DNA of 64,000 nucleotides, taken from positions 2,636,226-2,700,225 of the forward strand of contig CAJINV010000002.1 of the NCBI GenBank assembly GCA_905178155.1, read 5' to 3'. The position numbers were made by a program, and so were the translations under genes. Below are positions 25,401 through 40,300 of this stretch, in pieces. Origin of the DNA: Amoebophrya sp. A120 (lineage: Eukaryota > Protista > Dinoflagellata). The notes beneath the pieces were generated by a model. The model was not told the DNA's origin. It did not search any database and saw only the letters and a program-made list of their open reading frames with translations. The stretch's first letter is position 1. Every line of letters begins with the position of its first letter.

Positions 25401-28400
25401 CCTGTCCTCGAAGGCGAGAATTCCGTATGGTCAATTCACTTGCTGAGCTGCAATATAGAGGCCAGCGCGCCACCAGAAGATCATTTTGCTGATTCGATGT
25501 TTCCCAAGCTCATGTCTTTCGTGAGTTCCGTTGCAGTATGGGTTACCAACCAAACCGGCGTCGTTGAGCACTGGTTTGTCGTATTTGTATCTCATTCCCT
25601 GTTTACGGACGAGTTGATCGATATCGGAAACGGCCAATTATATGTAGTGAGGTCACCGAACGGTTCTAACCGGGGAGTTTTCTTGCCACCTCCCGCCCAC
25701 AATGGACGGCAGTTTTCAAGCGGCCGGAAGTGTTGTTTGACATAAAAAGTTTCCACTTGTCAAGCGGCTGGGGCTTTGCCGTCAACCAAGCCCGACGCTA
25801 TTCTATCGATTGCGGCTTGATAAAGCGACGCAAGAGAGCCGGCAAAAGGGGCGTTCTTCTGACGCGCCCACCGCCTTGGTTTCTGGCGGTTTGGGGCGCG
25901 CTAGAGACGAGCGCCCCCCAAAAAAAAACGCGCCCAAGATCAGAACAGCGAAACACCATGGCGCGGCCGCGGTTTCGGAGCCTTTTGGCCGGCCGCGAAG
26001 GCGGCTGCCTTTTCGCCGGCCCCAGAGCCTGGGAAGCTTTGCAAAAAACGCCGGCGTGAAAAAATAAAATGCAAAAAAGAAAAAGCGCGCCAGGCGCGCG
26101 AAGCCAGTCCGTATGAGTCAAGCTTTTTCTTCGCCAACGAATCAAGCCAAGACGCCAAGAGCCAAGCTTTTTCTCCGCTTTTTGGGCGCCCCTCCCAGCG
26201 CCCGGATCGGCCTCATAGCGTTGGGGCTGGGTTTCGGAAAGGAATTTCGGAAATTTGCTAAAATTTGCGACGTTCATCAGGCGGCCGCCATACCATGCGG
26301 CCTAAAGCTACCCACGCCGGCTTTGGCGATCCCAGCATAAGCAAAGTCACGGCCAAGGCGGCGGTCGGCAAGAAAACGCCCGCGACCTCACTACCCCCGC
26401 CCCGGCGGCTATATGTGCTCTGTTCAGAAGGAAACGCCGCTCCAGGTCGTTGTGGCGGAGTTCGACGACCGCGGGATCAGTGTGCGTCGGGTTCGTCCCG
26501 ACCTTTGGACGAATAGGGGGACTCCAACTTCCCGCGAGGGATTATCAGCGACGTGTGGTCAACAACGAACATGACATGGGTTTGGAACGGAGAAGGAACC
26601 TCACGCAAATGATCCGAGCGGGAAGTACAGATTGGAAGCTAGCGACTTAACTTTCACTCGGATCTATGATATCGTCCACAAGATGAAATGGTATCAATTT
26701 ATAACACAAAGTTACGAATCCAATCCCGAAGACCCAAATCGGTTCCAAGTAGTCTGGCGGAGTAGGGATTACAAAGCCGGCACTTTAGATTGCCAGATGT
26801 TTGTGAACGACTTGATAAACCAGTTTGTGTCAACGTCTGATGTGGAATTGGATGTGCACGCACTTTCAGAGAACAATGTAATAAATGGATTGGCGAATCG
26901 TGTGAAACAAACTCAGCATCTGGTGTGCCCCTTTTCACCGTCGACGCCGTGCTGTCTGCAGTGGGAATTCTGCTAAAGCAAGAGACATAGCTTTACTCGC
27001 ACTCTCTGGCACTTAGTTCCGGCTGCTCCTCGTCTTTACGACAGCGGAGAAGTGTCGGTGCAAATGACGTCAGAAGTGCGAGTTGGCTCGTCAAAGAGGT
27101 AAGTAGTGGCCACTCTGCGCTGATAGAGAGGACGAACAGGAGGAGATCTTTCTGTGACATGACCGCACCACCCAAATTGTATGAAAATTTGATTGTGACC
27201 ACTCCAGTATCTCGAACCCCGAGTCTTTGTTGTTTCCTTACACTTACATAAATCGTCAATGTTTCGATCGTAAATGCCAGTTTTTCCATGTTCCAAATCT
27301 TCATTTCTAGTCTTTCAAATGCAGCAGAAAAAAGATATAAACAAGATCTTCATACAAAAATAAAAAAGCAAGAACCTTTTTCAGTTTTTAGTGTCTACTC
27401 GGTTTTACGTTTACCCCCTTCTACTTTGCTTCGCAGTTCCTTTTAGACTTTCGAGTGCCCTCTTCTGAGAGACTTGACAAGGAGACGCTGTGGACAAAGT
27501 CGCGCCAGAACCTGCTATGTATTGGCCGTTTTTTGCGGTGTCTCACCATCAGAAGTGCGAGCTACGAAGAACGGGGCGCACCACCTAAAGTTCACAAAAA
27601 AAAGCTCTAGATTCGAACGGGAGATAAATAGGTACTACGATCTTTTATTCTTTATGTTTTACTGTGAATGTGAAAGAACTGCAAGCGCAAGAAATTGTAA
27701 CCACGAGCACTGGAGGAAACCCAACTGTGGTCGTCGTCTTGTAGGTTCTGCGATCTTGATGATCGCGGAAAGAGCCATGCTGTAGTGGATGGCAAGCGAG
27801 AGTTCATCGTTGCAGCTGTGGCGGCCTTGCTGATGCTGATTTCGAGATCCATATAGCTTTCGTGAGCTCATGATACACGACGTTTCGGACACCTGCAGCC
27901 TCGAAGATCCCCCGTTAGGTGAAGATATTGTTCTGTAGTTCTGGTGTTGTCGGCCAGTCGTTGACGATGCAGAAGATGCACCACCTCGTTAGTACTAGAA
28001 CTTTGCTCTTACTTAATTACTTTCACTTGATCACACTACAAGCTCCGACGGTTGCTGAAGAAGGATGTTGATGAAAGCACCAACGACCAAGATCGCGCGC
28101 TTCGACATGCTTTCTCCGGAAGTACAGCGGGAAGGCTTCTGCCCTCGCCATTCCCATTTCCACTTATAGTGCGCCTTGCAGCCACCTTTCCGCGAGGAGT
28201 GCTTTGACTGTTGTTGTAGTTACAAGTTGATCATCGTGGCTTTATTTTTATTTCGCGTGCTTTTTGCAGCAAGTAAACACCAGCTTTTCGGAACTACAAC
28301 GAACATTCCCTTGACGGGTAATTGGAATGCCTGTTTTGGTACTAAGCAATCTAGCATACGAAATTCGTAGTCGAACAGCCCGAGAAATTGAAAAGGTTCC

Positions 28401-28570
28401 ATCTTTGCTCCTTCTCTATCGCGAGGTATTGCTGGAAAACAACGACTACTTACGAGAAGTAAAACGCAAAAGAACAAGTAAGACTGGACGATCTACATGT
28501 GCACTCGTTAAAGATCATTTAGATTTACCAGAGCCACGCCCAGTATTTTTCGCACCAGCATTAGATCAAA

Positions 28571-31500
28571 ATGGGCACGGACCACGACGGAGAGAACAAG
28601 GACATCACCCTCCGGGATGTGCTTCGCGACATGAACCGCGTGTCGATGAAGGACAAGCTGCGCCAGAAGCTCCGAGAGCACGAGGGAGAAAAGGACGAGG
28701 CCGGGGCTTTGATCATCCCGAAGCGGCTCGGCACGCAGTGGGTGTGGGAAGCGGGCACGGATATCAACCCGCTGAAAAAGATGGTCGTGGAGTGGTTCCC
28801 GAAGGACGATGGCCCGGCGGCGAAAAAGCAGATCGATGACGATATGCATTTCAAATATGTCTGGGTCCGGAAGGATGCAACTTGTGATGCACATTTCACA
28901 CAACACAAAGATCTGTCACGCATGAACAGCGAACGCGCACGCGGCCCAAAACTTGGCACCAAAAAAGGGGATTTGTCATGCGGATTAGGCATTGAGTTTG
29001 AGACACGCACACGTTCTCAGGACCTGTCATGCTAGGGCTTACGTGCCAGACCTTCTGGGTCACGCAAAACCTGCATGACAAACTTCTGCATTCGTCCAGA
29101 CCCAGACATATTTGCATTTGATACACGAGAATTTGGAGCAGGACGCTGGGGGCTATTCCGCTGGCCGCGGCGGCAAGGGCAGTGTTGAGCAGCAGGCTGA
29201 CAAAGGTGCGGCGAGTAGTATGAAGAGCGTCAAGAAAACGAAAAATAACACTCCCGCTGCGGGCGCAGCCTCGGTCTTGAAGGCGGAGAAGAAGGGAAAG
29301 AAGGAGAAAAACCAGAAGCAGACCAGCAAGTCTACTTCCACCGGCGGTGCTGCTAGTGTGAAGATATTAAATGCAAAAATGTCTGGGTCTGGAAGATTGC
29401 AACTTGTCATGCTGTTTTTGGACTCGAAAGAAATTTGCATTGCATGATCAGCAAGGGAGTCTAATTTGTGCTACGCTGGGAGGGCATTTGTCATGCGGAG
29501 TATGCATCAGGAAGCCCTCTAAAAATCTGTGATTCTAGGTCGTGCATTACAGACATTCTGGGTCAGGCAAAATATGCATGACAAACCCGGCAACATTCCA
29601 GACCCAGACATTTTTGCATTTGATAGAAGAAGAAGATGAGCAAGAAAAATAACAAGGCCACCGCCTCCTCCTCGTCCTCCGCGATCGGGAAGATGAAAAA
29701 GAACAAATCCTCGCTCGCAACAGCCGCTGGCGTAGCGAAGTCGAAAGGTGCTGGAAATTCCGCGAGCAGTTCGTCGAAAGCCGGCGCCGCAGCGGTTGTG
29801 GGGGATATTTTCAACGACACGACGAAAAATAAATCGCGAGCTTCGACGGGTAGGGGCACTACTTCCAACAAGCGCAAGCAAAATTTGTTGGAGGACGATG
29901 AGGGGACGTCTTCCGAGGAAGAAGAGCTGGAGGACAGCGAACAGATGATATGCGATGGGCAAGTATCGGGATCATAAGTACAACTATATAAGTTGCATAG
30001 CGTGACAAATTTTGATTTATTTTTTCCCGATGAGGAAATTTCAATTTGTAATGCAATTTTGCAGCGATTATAGCAAAGATTAGGTCGTGATACTTTTGTG
30101 ATGCATAGATCACCAGTGACGACGAGGTTGAGTTGGATGTTATCCTGTGTAAAAAAATCAAACGCTCTCAGCCACGCACTATGTTTGTCATGCTGATCAT
30201 GCGCCGTCACGACGCACAGTAGAACTACAACTACGTCATTCAGTTATTTCTTGTCGAGCTATTTCTTTCGTGATTTTCATGTACTAGAGGTGGAGGTGCC
30301 CAAATATTGTGGCACGTGCTGATTCTGAGCATAGTAGGTGAGCAGCGTCGTTGTTTAATATTTTACACAGGATAGTACATGAGATGAATGTGGGAGGCGA
30401 ATATGACCCGAACAACTCGGAGCACTCGGTTATGGTGTGTAGCGACTGTTTTACCTTTCTCCTCTGCACTTGCAGAAGCGCAGTAGAGACTACAGTTGTC
30501 GTGACTTGGCTGTAAATGCATCTCGGCTACCACTTCTGAATTATGGAAAACCGTTTTATCAGGCTCGTCAAGCTCAAGACTTGACAAGGCTCATAACACG
30601 GTTTCCCATCATTGATTCTACTTTTTGATTTTTTGCATCTTGAGCAAGATGTGAAGTGGTAAAATGGAGTTGTCCAGCACAATCTCACTGACACTGACGC
30701 CGACCCCCTCTGAGACGCCTGCGAAGTATCCGGGCGATGATGACAAAGAAAAGGCGAAGCTGTTTTTGAAGCGGCAGATTGTACTATTTTATAGACATTA
30801 TTTGTTTTTCATCTAGATGCTGATAGCTGCTCCTGCTTTTACTTTCCTCCCGAGTCGTTTTATTCTCAACCACGACGTGCATGCAATTAATAGAACCATA
30901 GTGTACAAGCATAAATATGGGCATGCCTCACAAAAATACCCCACAGGAAAACATCGAGGACGACTGTAAAATCATGCTAAAATCTCGCGTATCAAGCGAA
31001 AAATGAAAATCAATCCCCCTAGCCCTAACCCGTAGCAGCTCTCCTCCTGTTCCATCTGATGTCAGTCGCTGTTCCTGGTGTCGATCTGACGACAACCTTT
31101 CGGCAGGAAAGCAACGCCTTTAAAAACAATAGGTAAACGAGTTGTAGTCGTTCTTCCTAGTTACAATATCAGCCCATACGCACACGTATGATATTTAGCA
31201 TTTTTGAAAGAGGGGAAAGCTGGGGTATTTTTCGCACTTTGATACGTGAAAATGATGAAGCGGCACATCCTGAGCAAGAGGCGGAAGATTGAACGCCACA
31301 AAGCGATATCAAATGAAAATTTGTCTGGGTGGTCGGGAAAGTTGTCATGCGAATTTGCTGTGGATGATGAGTGGACATACACACAGCGACGAGTATTTTT
31401 ACGGACGCGCGCATGAGAAGTTTTTGAGCGAGTATAATGTCTTCGTGCAGCGTAGAGCGCATGACAAATGCAAATCGCGTTTTTACTCTTACTCGACCTC

Positions 31501-32321
31501 CCAGACATGCTTTTTTGAAGTGCATACAGGCAGCTCCGCAAACTGGAAAGTGGCGACGAAGACGATATGCTGTGTAAAAACTTTGTAGAAAAAATGATCG
31601 CCCCCATGCTTCTCTCTATACAGTTCAGTGAGTTCAATACTCTTACCAATAGGATTTGCGTTCTTGCTGCAATCTTGCATAGCCACTTGTTCGTGAATCG
31701 TGCCCGGAGTGCATTGAGCGCACGACTTCCACCGCGTTTGCACAATTATGGGAATGCAAGTTTCTAATCCTGACTATACTTACACACCACGGCAACTACG
31801 TCATCACGACAGATTTGCATGACAAGCATGGAGAGGGTCATAGTTCGGTTTTTCCACAGGATACGAGACTTGAACCAGAACCACAGCGGAAGCCGGGTGG
31901 GTGATGGCGCCGCTAGCGAGGAGGTATCCTGTGCAAAAGTATCGCATTCGTATAAATGCAGGTTTTGCATTACAAATCTTTATCTTGAGGGAAATCCGCA
32001 TTACAAATTCTCTCTCTCATGCTGAGGAAATTTGTATATGCATTTATACGGGCACGATACTTTTGCAGTTCATAGGAGGGGTTGAGCGGCGATGATGAAG
32101 ATGACGAGGACCTGGGTCCTGATGAAGAGGAATCGCAAAAATCTGCGGATGAAGATGAGAAAAATTTGGACCAGGACGCGGAGGATCAGGTTGGCTCTGT
32201 GAAAGCAGAGCCCCAACTACAACAACCGACGAAAAACCAGTCTGGAGGTGCCGCACCGGGGTCTTCCTCTTCTTCTACTGGGGCTGCAGCTGTCGCGGCG
32301 GCTCCGGCGGCCGGGGCGTGA
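28571..32321 (+). CDS. Hypothetical K/E/D-rich protein, many introns (exons in 30430-31250 only partly resolved)
   Basis: MGTDHDGENK... joined in frame across elements 28843, 29365, 29949, 30141, 31307, 31566 and 31925 to ...AAPAAGA*. Confidence 0.65.
28843..29123. mobile_element. Introner family A
   Basis: TIRs; TSD GACGA/CACGA. Confidence 0.92.
29365..29625. mobile_element. Introner family A
   Basis: TIRs; TSD GAAGA. Confidence 0.95.
29949..30107. mobile_element. Degenerate introner family D
   Basis: tatgcgatgggcaagtatc...gatacttttgtgatgcata; TSD GATGA/GATCA. Confidence 0.75.
30141..30374. mobile_element. Introner (E-like) with truncated downstream TSD
   Basis: Perfect 14-bp TIR tatcctgtgtaaaa; upstream GATGT, downstream only GT; restores LDVHEMNVG. 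Confidence 0.75.
31307..31526. mobile_element. Degenerate introner family A
   Basis: tatcaaatgaaaatttgtctggg...cccagacatgc...gcata; TSD eroded. Confidence 0.7.
31566..31863. mobile_element. Degenerate introner (E-like)
   Basis: tatgctgtgtaaaaac / gtttttccacaggata; flanks GACGA/CGAGA; restores EDDLNQNH. Confidence 0.7.
31925..32074. mobile_element. Introner family D
   Basis: TIRs; TSD GGAGG; 31924-32078 reads GT...AG. Confidence 0.93.
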
Positions 32322-34321
32322 GGAAATTCGTTTGTAGTTCCACGGTCGTTTCGTAGCTGGCGGTAGGAAAAAGGAGAACGAGGGGAAAAATGGTACTATC
32401 GTGAATTTCAATTTAGTACTTGATGTCATCGTAGTAAACAGCAACAAGCACGCGAGCTTGTGGTGAAGTGCTTGTTTCTTTTGTGTGATCATCTTATCAT
32501 GCGAAATGGAAATTCAGTACAAATCCAAAAAATGTGCACACCATGCTTGTAACATTTACTATCAGGTGGTCGACGTGCGCAATCCGTAAATCTTCTACAA
32601 GACCGGGGTGGAAGATGCGTTTTTCGGAAGAACGACATGACTACCGAGGAAAATTTATATCGATCACAAATATTAAACACAACGATAATACGATTGAGTA
32701 GTGTAGCTGCTACGTAGTTTTTCACGACCTTCACGTAGAAGTGGGTACCTACTATGTATGTTAGTAGGACTGAAACTCAGAAGAAGCTTTTTCTCTGCTC
32801 GTGACAAGCAAACTATACTAAACTTAAAGATCCACCATGCTCATCCTATTGAACTCTTTTTGAAGGACGGAACGAAGACATCTCGATGTGCAGCAGACTT
32901 GTTCCAAAAAAACAAGAGCCACGGTATAGGGTTCTCGGAAAACAAATTCATCTCTAGGACTGTACGAAAACGACTTCCCCTACGCGAAATATTACACTCA
33001 TTACTGAGACCGGCTCAGATCAGTTCCACAATAAAAAAAGAAGTACAACGCCACCTATTCTTGATCAACTTTTTTTTCGCTACTAGTAGAGTCAGTGCGC
33101 GACCTGATTCTAGGTCGTGGCGCTCTCCTCGTGCAAAAGGAAGTAGAAGGTGGAGCAATTGATGAACTTGAACGCAAAAATAAAAATCTCATTCGACCTC
33201 GCTAGATCGCCGTACCGTACATCATACCTGTCATGCCTGTGGTATGAAGGATCAACAAGAACAGCGTTGATACCTGCACAGAAAGAATCTTCCCAGTGTA
33301 GCGGCTGTGGCAAGTAAAATTTTTGCTGTTCACAAGAAGTAGTGCGCTGCGATGGTTCTGGTCCGAAAAAACTGCTGCACCGGAAGCGACGTTCTTGTAC
33401 TTACTTAGACTACAAGGTGCGCGAGGAATCCTGTATGCTAAGCCTAAAAGTTGACAAACACGTAGCGATCATTCCGATTGCACAAGAAGAGACACGCGAT
33501 CACCGTCCAGTTGCAATCCAATTTTTTCTCAGCATAGCAAATGTAGAAATAGTCCTGGTTCATTTTTTGACACATATTTTGCTGCCGCCGGTGCTGCTTT
33601 CACCTTGGCTTACGCACCAGATGATCCAAGCTCACTGCCTCTAAAAACCACATATACTGTGGTCTTATCGCTGCATCCACCTACCATTTTCTTGGGTCCT
33701 GCGTTGCGCTTTTAGCGAAAACTGTACGCCAGTCTCAGATTTTTACGACAACGAAAGGTATGGTGTCGAAAAGTAGTAAAGTAGTGACATATTTGTGATG
33801 CGTTCGCGTTCCAATTCACTGTTCTTGACTTTCCTGATCCACATCCGCTGTTTTTTCAGCTGCAACGCCAGGTCTTATTTTCTCCGATTTCATTTTGAAA
33901 ATTGAAATTCACAATTGCAAAAATTTCAGGAACAGACCAACGAACAGCAAAGGCTGAATCAGGCTGAGAAGATTAATGTGATTGATAAAGTATTTTTTCC
34001 ACCCAAGTAGATTTAGATGTAGATTCCTATGAAGCGATTGCGAATAGCGATAGTAGAAGTACCTCTAGGACTGAAAGTTAGTAGTAGAAAACAGACCTCA
34101 AACCATCAAGGAGTCTCTTCCAACCACAACCCTAAGTCACATCATTTTCATCACTCCCCTTTAACGTACTAGTTCGAACGAAGTAGACAAAAAACAGCAA
34201 GTGGCTCGATTTTGGAAAAAATATCTCATCGTCAACATAAATGGGAAAACATTCAGCATAATTTCAAATCCATGTTCGATTTTTCCGTGGCACCCCATCA
34301 GATAGAAACTAAATTTCGAAG

Positions 34322-37300
34322 ATGAAAGAACCCGACCCGGAACAATTATTTGAACGTACCTCGTCCGCGATGGTAGTAATGAGGAGAGACCAGCAAGAAC
34401 TACCACCGGAGACGCAATTGGTCACGGTGCAAGAACAGGAGCAGCAGGAGGTGGAGGACTTCCGAAATGCACATGTTGACAACCAAGTTGTAAGACACGA
34501 CCAGGAAGGAACAGGAGGTGTAGGAGCGCAGTCGCACGTGACGACGGTCGCGGCATCTGCGGCGAGCGGATTTACAGCCGGAGTACCACCTCCACGAGAA
34601 GGTGAGGACATGCACGCTCTTTCCGCGGCTACTTCTAGCAGTAGTAGTAGTGCGGCACCAGCTTCTTCCTCTTCGGCAAATGAAAATTTGACCACTACAG
34701 CGGCTGCCTCTAGTAGTAGTGCGGACGTCAACTACATTCATAGTAGTGCTACCATCTTCCAAGAAGTAGAAGGAAAACGAAAAGGATCAAGACCTGCCCC
34801 TCTCTTGCGACCCGGAGATGAGAATCAAGCGATGTTGAGAGAAGAGGGACAGGCCGCTGCTCCGGCGGAACAGCCACTTCCAGTAGACCACTCGGAGCCG
34901 GTGTTGCAGTCACCTCCAGTGGCAGCTACAGCAGTTGAACATTTGGATAAAGCGCCAGCAGAAGGAGAAGCAGCAGCACCTTCTGTCGTCAAAAACATGA
35001 TGAGCAAGCAGGGAAATAACTCCTACAGCAGTTCCTCTGTCATCAGCAAAGTGGAGGAAGTGGAACAGGTATCTTCTGTACTCTCAGCTCCTTCGTCATT
35101 TTTACAACAACAACCACAGAGCTCCACGATTAGCGGCACCGAAGCTGCACCAGCCACTGCAGCTTCTCCATCAGCCGATGAGGAACACCAGCTCGACGAC
35201 GATTCTGATGACCAAACCGAGGTGAGTAAACTGTTGAGAACCATCGGGCTCGAGCTGAAAAAGCCGATGGACAAATTCGCGGCGGTTTTGGCGGAAAATT
35301 GGATCGAAACATTGGAGGATTTACAAGAAGTTCCGGACGAACAACTGAAGGAGTGGAAATTCCCTTTTAAACTAGTGCAGAAAATCAAACAAGGATTGAA
35401 GAAAGGCGCAGGTGCTGGTGCACGACCCGGTAGTAGTTGTACAACGACCACAGGTGCAACTTCTGCCGAGACAACTGTAGTTGCAGCTCTTCTTGGGCCG
35501 TCGACAGCAGCACTTCAGTCATCTGGGATGACCACTAGCAATGCCTCAGCTCCTCTCCAGCAAAACATTCACCAGCAGGAACTTGCAGCGCAACAAACCA
35601 TTGTTCTAAACGACAAGCAGCAAGAAGAAATGCAAGTCGCGTTGCTGAAACGGGAATTGCAACACCGCGAGTTGTTGGCATTCGAGCAGCAAGGTGTTGC
35701 GAGCATGCATGACAAAGATTCATCCTTCTCCTGTCAGCAACTTAATAACCAGACCGCAGAATTCTCCACCATGTCGATTTCTTCCGGCCCGTTGACGGCC
35801 TGTTCGGAGCCAACTACGAGCGGAACAGGGAATATGATTCAACAGCAGATGATAAACAATATGGCAACTACAACATCAAAACCGAATCATCTTCGCGACC
35901 TACACAGCACCAACCTCCGGTTACCCGGCGAGAATACTTCTACGCGGACAACGTCTTCGGATGTGGTGATTCAACCAACTACATCGGAAAGTAAACTAGA
36001 CTCCATTGGCCTTTCAAATAACTCCAATTCGGCCGGTCCACCGTCACATTTTCTCCAGCCCACCGCAACGGCCCACGAGCAGCAGGAACCTTTAGTCGAA
36101 ACGGGCCCTCACTACCCGCACTTCGCGCACGAGATTGAGTCCTGTTTCCCGGAACTGCAGGGGAGCAACCGGGCTGCGAACATAGTGCCGAGTATCATCG
36201 AGGATTTGTCCCGGTTTATCACCGAGGAGGTGCAGCACGAGCTCGCGGATCACCCGTTAATTACTACGGGGCCGGACGGAACCACGACATCAACCGCGCA
36301 AGATGTGCAGTTGGAGTTCGAAATCAACCCGATGGGGGACGACCGGGTGGTCACCATTGAGAGCCACATTGAGCAGACGCCGCGCACTTCCATTCTGGAT
36401 AAGCCGTACTCTGGGAATAGGGAAAAAATCATCCCGGAAGCAGACGATGTCTGTCTGTTGCCGGACGAGTTTGGTAGTTGTACCGCTCGTGATCAACATC
36501 TACTTCCAGGAAGTAGTTGTACTAACACTAGCAGCAATTATTCTTGCGACGCGCAGCACCAGCTGCGGTTGCCAACCTCAACCTCGTCCGCGGTGTTTGT
36601 AAATCCCGCGGCGCACCAGCAAATGCATGGTTTTTCATCTACTTCTCATGGAACAACAACTGCAAGAGGGAGAACAGCCGCGGGTGGCGCTGCAAATGGT
36701 ACTACAACCTCTAGTACAAGTGGTGTTCACCTTCCCCTGCAAATCCAGAACCTGCTGAACAATCCAATTCATCATCATCAAAATGGTGGTCCTCCTCTTC
36801 GCAGCTGCAATGGTGGGGGTATGAACACAAACAGCTCTTCCAAACGAGGACAGCACCCCAGTTCTTCGAAACACGGTAAGAACAATTATGCGGTCCTTCC
36901 CGGGTCGTTGTATAATCAGCAACAAGGCGCCGTACGCGTCGCAAGCGCTTCCAACAGCGGCAGAAACACACACAAGTCCTCCGCTGCGGGCAGCACGGGG
37001 AACAACAGCCGGAAAAACTCCGCACAGTCACATGCAGTGGTGTTTGGCGCTGGTGGGAATGGTGCAGCAGCTGCAGCGCATGGTACTAGTTTTATTCCGG
37101 CTGCTGGTGCTGGTGCTGCTGGTGCTGCCCATGGCGGCGGGTTTATGCCTGCCAATGCGGCTGGCTACAACATGTTGGGAGGTGGAAATAACAACTACCC
37201 GCCCGCCGGCTCGTTCCACCGTCCGACGGGGGAGCAGCTGCGTAACCAGGCTCGGCAGGAGCAATTGCGTGCTTTCGAACGGTTGGAGAAGGAAAAGGAA

Positions 37301-40300
37301 CTGCGGGAAAAGGAGCAGGCTGCGGAACGGGAGAGGCAGGCGAGTTGCGCTCTTGCAGCTGATATCAAATGCAAAAATGTCTTGTTCTGGAAGATTCCGA
37401 AACTTGTCATGCTAGTCTGGCATGACTCTGAACTCTGTATTGCATGGCCGCGAAGAGCTCCTACTTCCTGTTATGCAAAAACGCAGTTTCTCATGCGGAG
37501 TACGCAACTCAGAACCATGAAAAAAAAATTGTCATGCCTGGCAGCGCATTACAGTGAGCTCACTACTGCCTTCCTTGCATCACAAGTTTCCAGACCCAGA
37601 CATATTTGCATTTGATAGCTGAGAAAGAACATCAACAGCACCAATCTGGAGCAACGCGTGCTGTTGGTTTAGCCCACAGTAACCGACACGCTGATCTTCA
37701 CGCTCCCCAGGGCAGCGGGAACAAGAAGACGAACAAAAGCAGTCTGAAGCAGAAGAAGTCAACCACCCCCGGAGGAGCCGCGGGGCAAGCTCAACCTGCG
37801 GCAACTACAACTCGGACTTCTCTGGGCGAAAAGGCGAAAAACGCACGGAAAGTGGCCCAGAACATAAGAGGCAGGAGAAGTGCGCAGGACATTGCAGCCG
37901 GTCGTGGTGGTGTGCAGAATGTCAATAAACAGCAGGGTGTAGCCACTGGTTTGTCTAGCAGTAAGAACAAGAAAGCAGGAAGTACTGGTCTATCTTCAGG
38001 AGGTCTATCGGCTCCTCCACCAGCCGGGGGACAAAGTGCGAAAAGCAAGAAGTCCCCCGCTGCGGCCTTCGTTGGTAATACTACTACTACATCTGAGCAG
38101 GCTGACCGGCTGGCCAGTAAAAAACACATGACCACGACCGGCGACAAGGCTGCGGCCCAGGGCGAAAATAAACCTGCGGCAGGACCTCCTTCAATGGGCG
38201 AAAAAGAGAAACAAAAAGCACAGCAGATGCAGACCCACGACAAACCGGACTCGCCCTCGTTAGAATCGCAGTGCTCCATGACCAAAGCGTCGACCTCGAA
38301 GTCGAGCGAAGGAAGCAGTTACAAACCGCCGGAGGAAAATAATTCGTCCTGTGTGGACGAAACCAGTTCGGCAAGCAGTAGTTCGTGTGCGATGGAAAGC
38401 ACGTCGGATGTAGTACAACCGCGACAGAACACAAACACTGCCGGGCTGTTTACTCACGAGGGGAATCTCCGGCAGGACCAACAGGTTCAAGATGGTTCGA
38501 TCGCAGCACAATTTCCTCCGGGCAAGAAGAAGAAACTACCGGCCGCAGCTTTCGCGGCGAACCACCAGGAGGCACTACAGGAACGTTCAGGAAGACATGA
38601 TGGAGACGAGGAAGCCAGTACGGCGCACAAACAAGCAGGACAAAATCAAAATAGCCAGGAAATTATACCAGCGAGTAATAAAGTAGAAGAAGGCGGTAAA
38701 AACAGGCCGTTTTTGCAGGAGCGCGCTTCTAGAGAGGAGAAGCACGACGTCGATGATTGTAAGCAGCATGACAAACGGAAGAACAGTAGATTACGCGGTG
38801 ATTCAGCAGAAAGTGGTTCTTCCTCCAGCTCCTCAAATTCTAAAAACTCCTCTTCAAGTAGCAGCGACAGTGAAAGTGCCCTTATCAAAAACAAAACGAG
38901 AACAAGGCAGAAGCAGAATAAAAGCAAAAGAACAGCTGGTGCAACGGGAAAGAACAAGCGTGGGCGCAGCCGGAGCCCAAAGCAGTTACAGCTCGCGACC
39001 GCGAGCAATAAAACGGCCGCAGACCTGCAGCAGAACAACAAAAAGAAACTGAAGTCGGAAGCGAAAACAGGGATATCAAACAAAGAAGCAAACAGTAGTA
39101 AAAGCAACCAGAATCATGTTAATTCTTGCAACAAATCCGTCTCTAGCCGGAAAGAATCCAACGCTTCCTCCAAAGTGGTCCAGCTTCGCGATGCGAAAAA
39201 CGCCAGCCGCTTGATCAGCGGTAGCCATGACAACATTCGACCCAGGTCTAGTAGACAGTCCTCTGCGAATAGCAGCAAGCCCTTCTGCAACAGCAGCCGG
39301 CGGGGGAACAACGCGAATTCCGATAACGAATTAGACGGAACGAGAGACAATTCCTCCGAACAGAACAACAATTTACGAAATAAGCAGCAACTCCGTCGCA
39401 CGCGCGGGCAAGTGCAGGAGCTGAAACTGTTGAAAAGGCGCCTCTTTCTCTTTCACTACGAGCATTTTATCTACCACGAGACCAAACGGTTCGAGCAACT
39501 GGTCGGCGGGGAGATTTTAACGTTTTTGAAGGAGAAACAAATGTCTGATGTGGTGTTCGTCAATCGAACCGCACCGCCGCATATGGATTGCAAAAATGTC
39601 TGGGTCTGGAAGATCGCAACTTGTGATGCTGTCTCTGCATTCTAAAAAAATCTGTATTGCGTGACCATCAAGAGGGGTCCAGTTTGTGCTACATGGAGGG
39701 GGCATTTCTCATGCGGGATAGGCATCAGAAAGCCCGCTAAAAATCTGTGATGCCAGGTTCTGCATTACAGACGTCATGGGTCATGTAAAATCTGCATGAC
39801 AAGTGTGGCACTCTTCCAGACCCAGACATTTTTGCATTTGATGCCGCAGCTATCCACGACCTCGAGCAGTACAACAACTTCCCGCTCGTTGCGCAGCAAT
39901 GGAGGGGCATCAAGTTCGGGCGGAGCCGCCGCCTACGGGACGGCTTCCTTCCAACAGGCGCAGATGACCTGCGCGATGGTGCGTTCGGTTTCCTTGCGAA
40001 CGGTGATGGAGTCCGCGCACGCGGCCCCGTGGGCGGAGGTGGAGTCGTTGTGGGGAAAAGATGACATTGTGCGGGTGGTGTACAAAAACATGCAGGAAAT
40101 CTCGGGGCATAAAGGATACGTCGAGTTCTATTTTCCGGACTTGCACGAGTTGCAAAAACCACTGGACCACAGCGTCAAGGAAGCGGACCTGATGCGATGC
40201 AAGTACTTACCGAATTATCAGGGGTTTTTTCGATTTCTTTTATGAAAGTGAAGAGTTGTGCGTGGTGCAGCTCTTCCCGACTCCATCTGAAGTTCTGTGT

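Noticed and set aside
23570-26976. ORFs 23570, 24945 and 26450/26632 (the last with a DCQMFV stretch faintly like PPPDE/NlpC-type peptidases)
   Set aside because: No recognisable full domain, uncertain starts and a frame break; cannot be supported as genes
27650-28110. Possible minus-strand gene starting MSKRAILVVGAF
   Set aside because: Short open frames, no homology cue and no resolvable splice pattern
30431-31244. Additional degenerate introns or introners (30431-, 31187-31244) and micro-exons; DDDKEKAKL similar to DEDKEKAKL of the 49903 gene
   Set aside because: Boundaries ambiguous without cDNA; the peptide match is too short and low-complexity to claim homology
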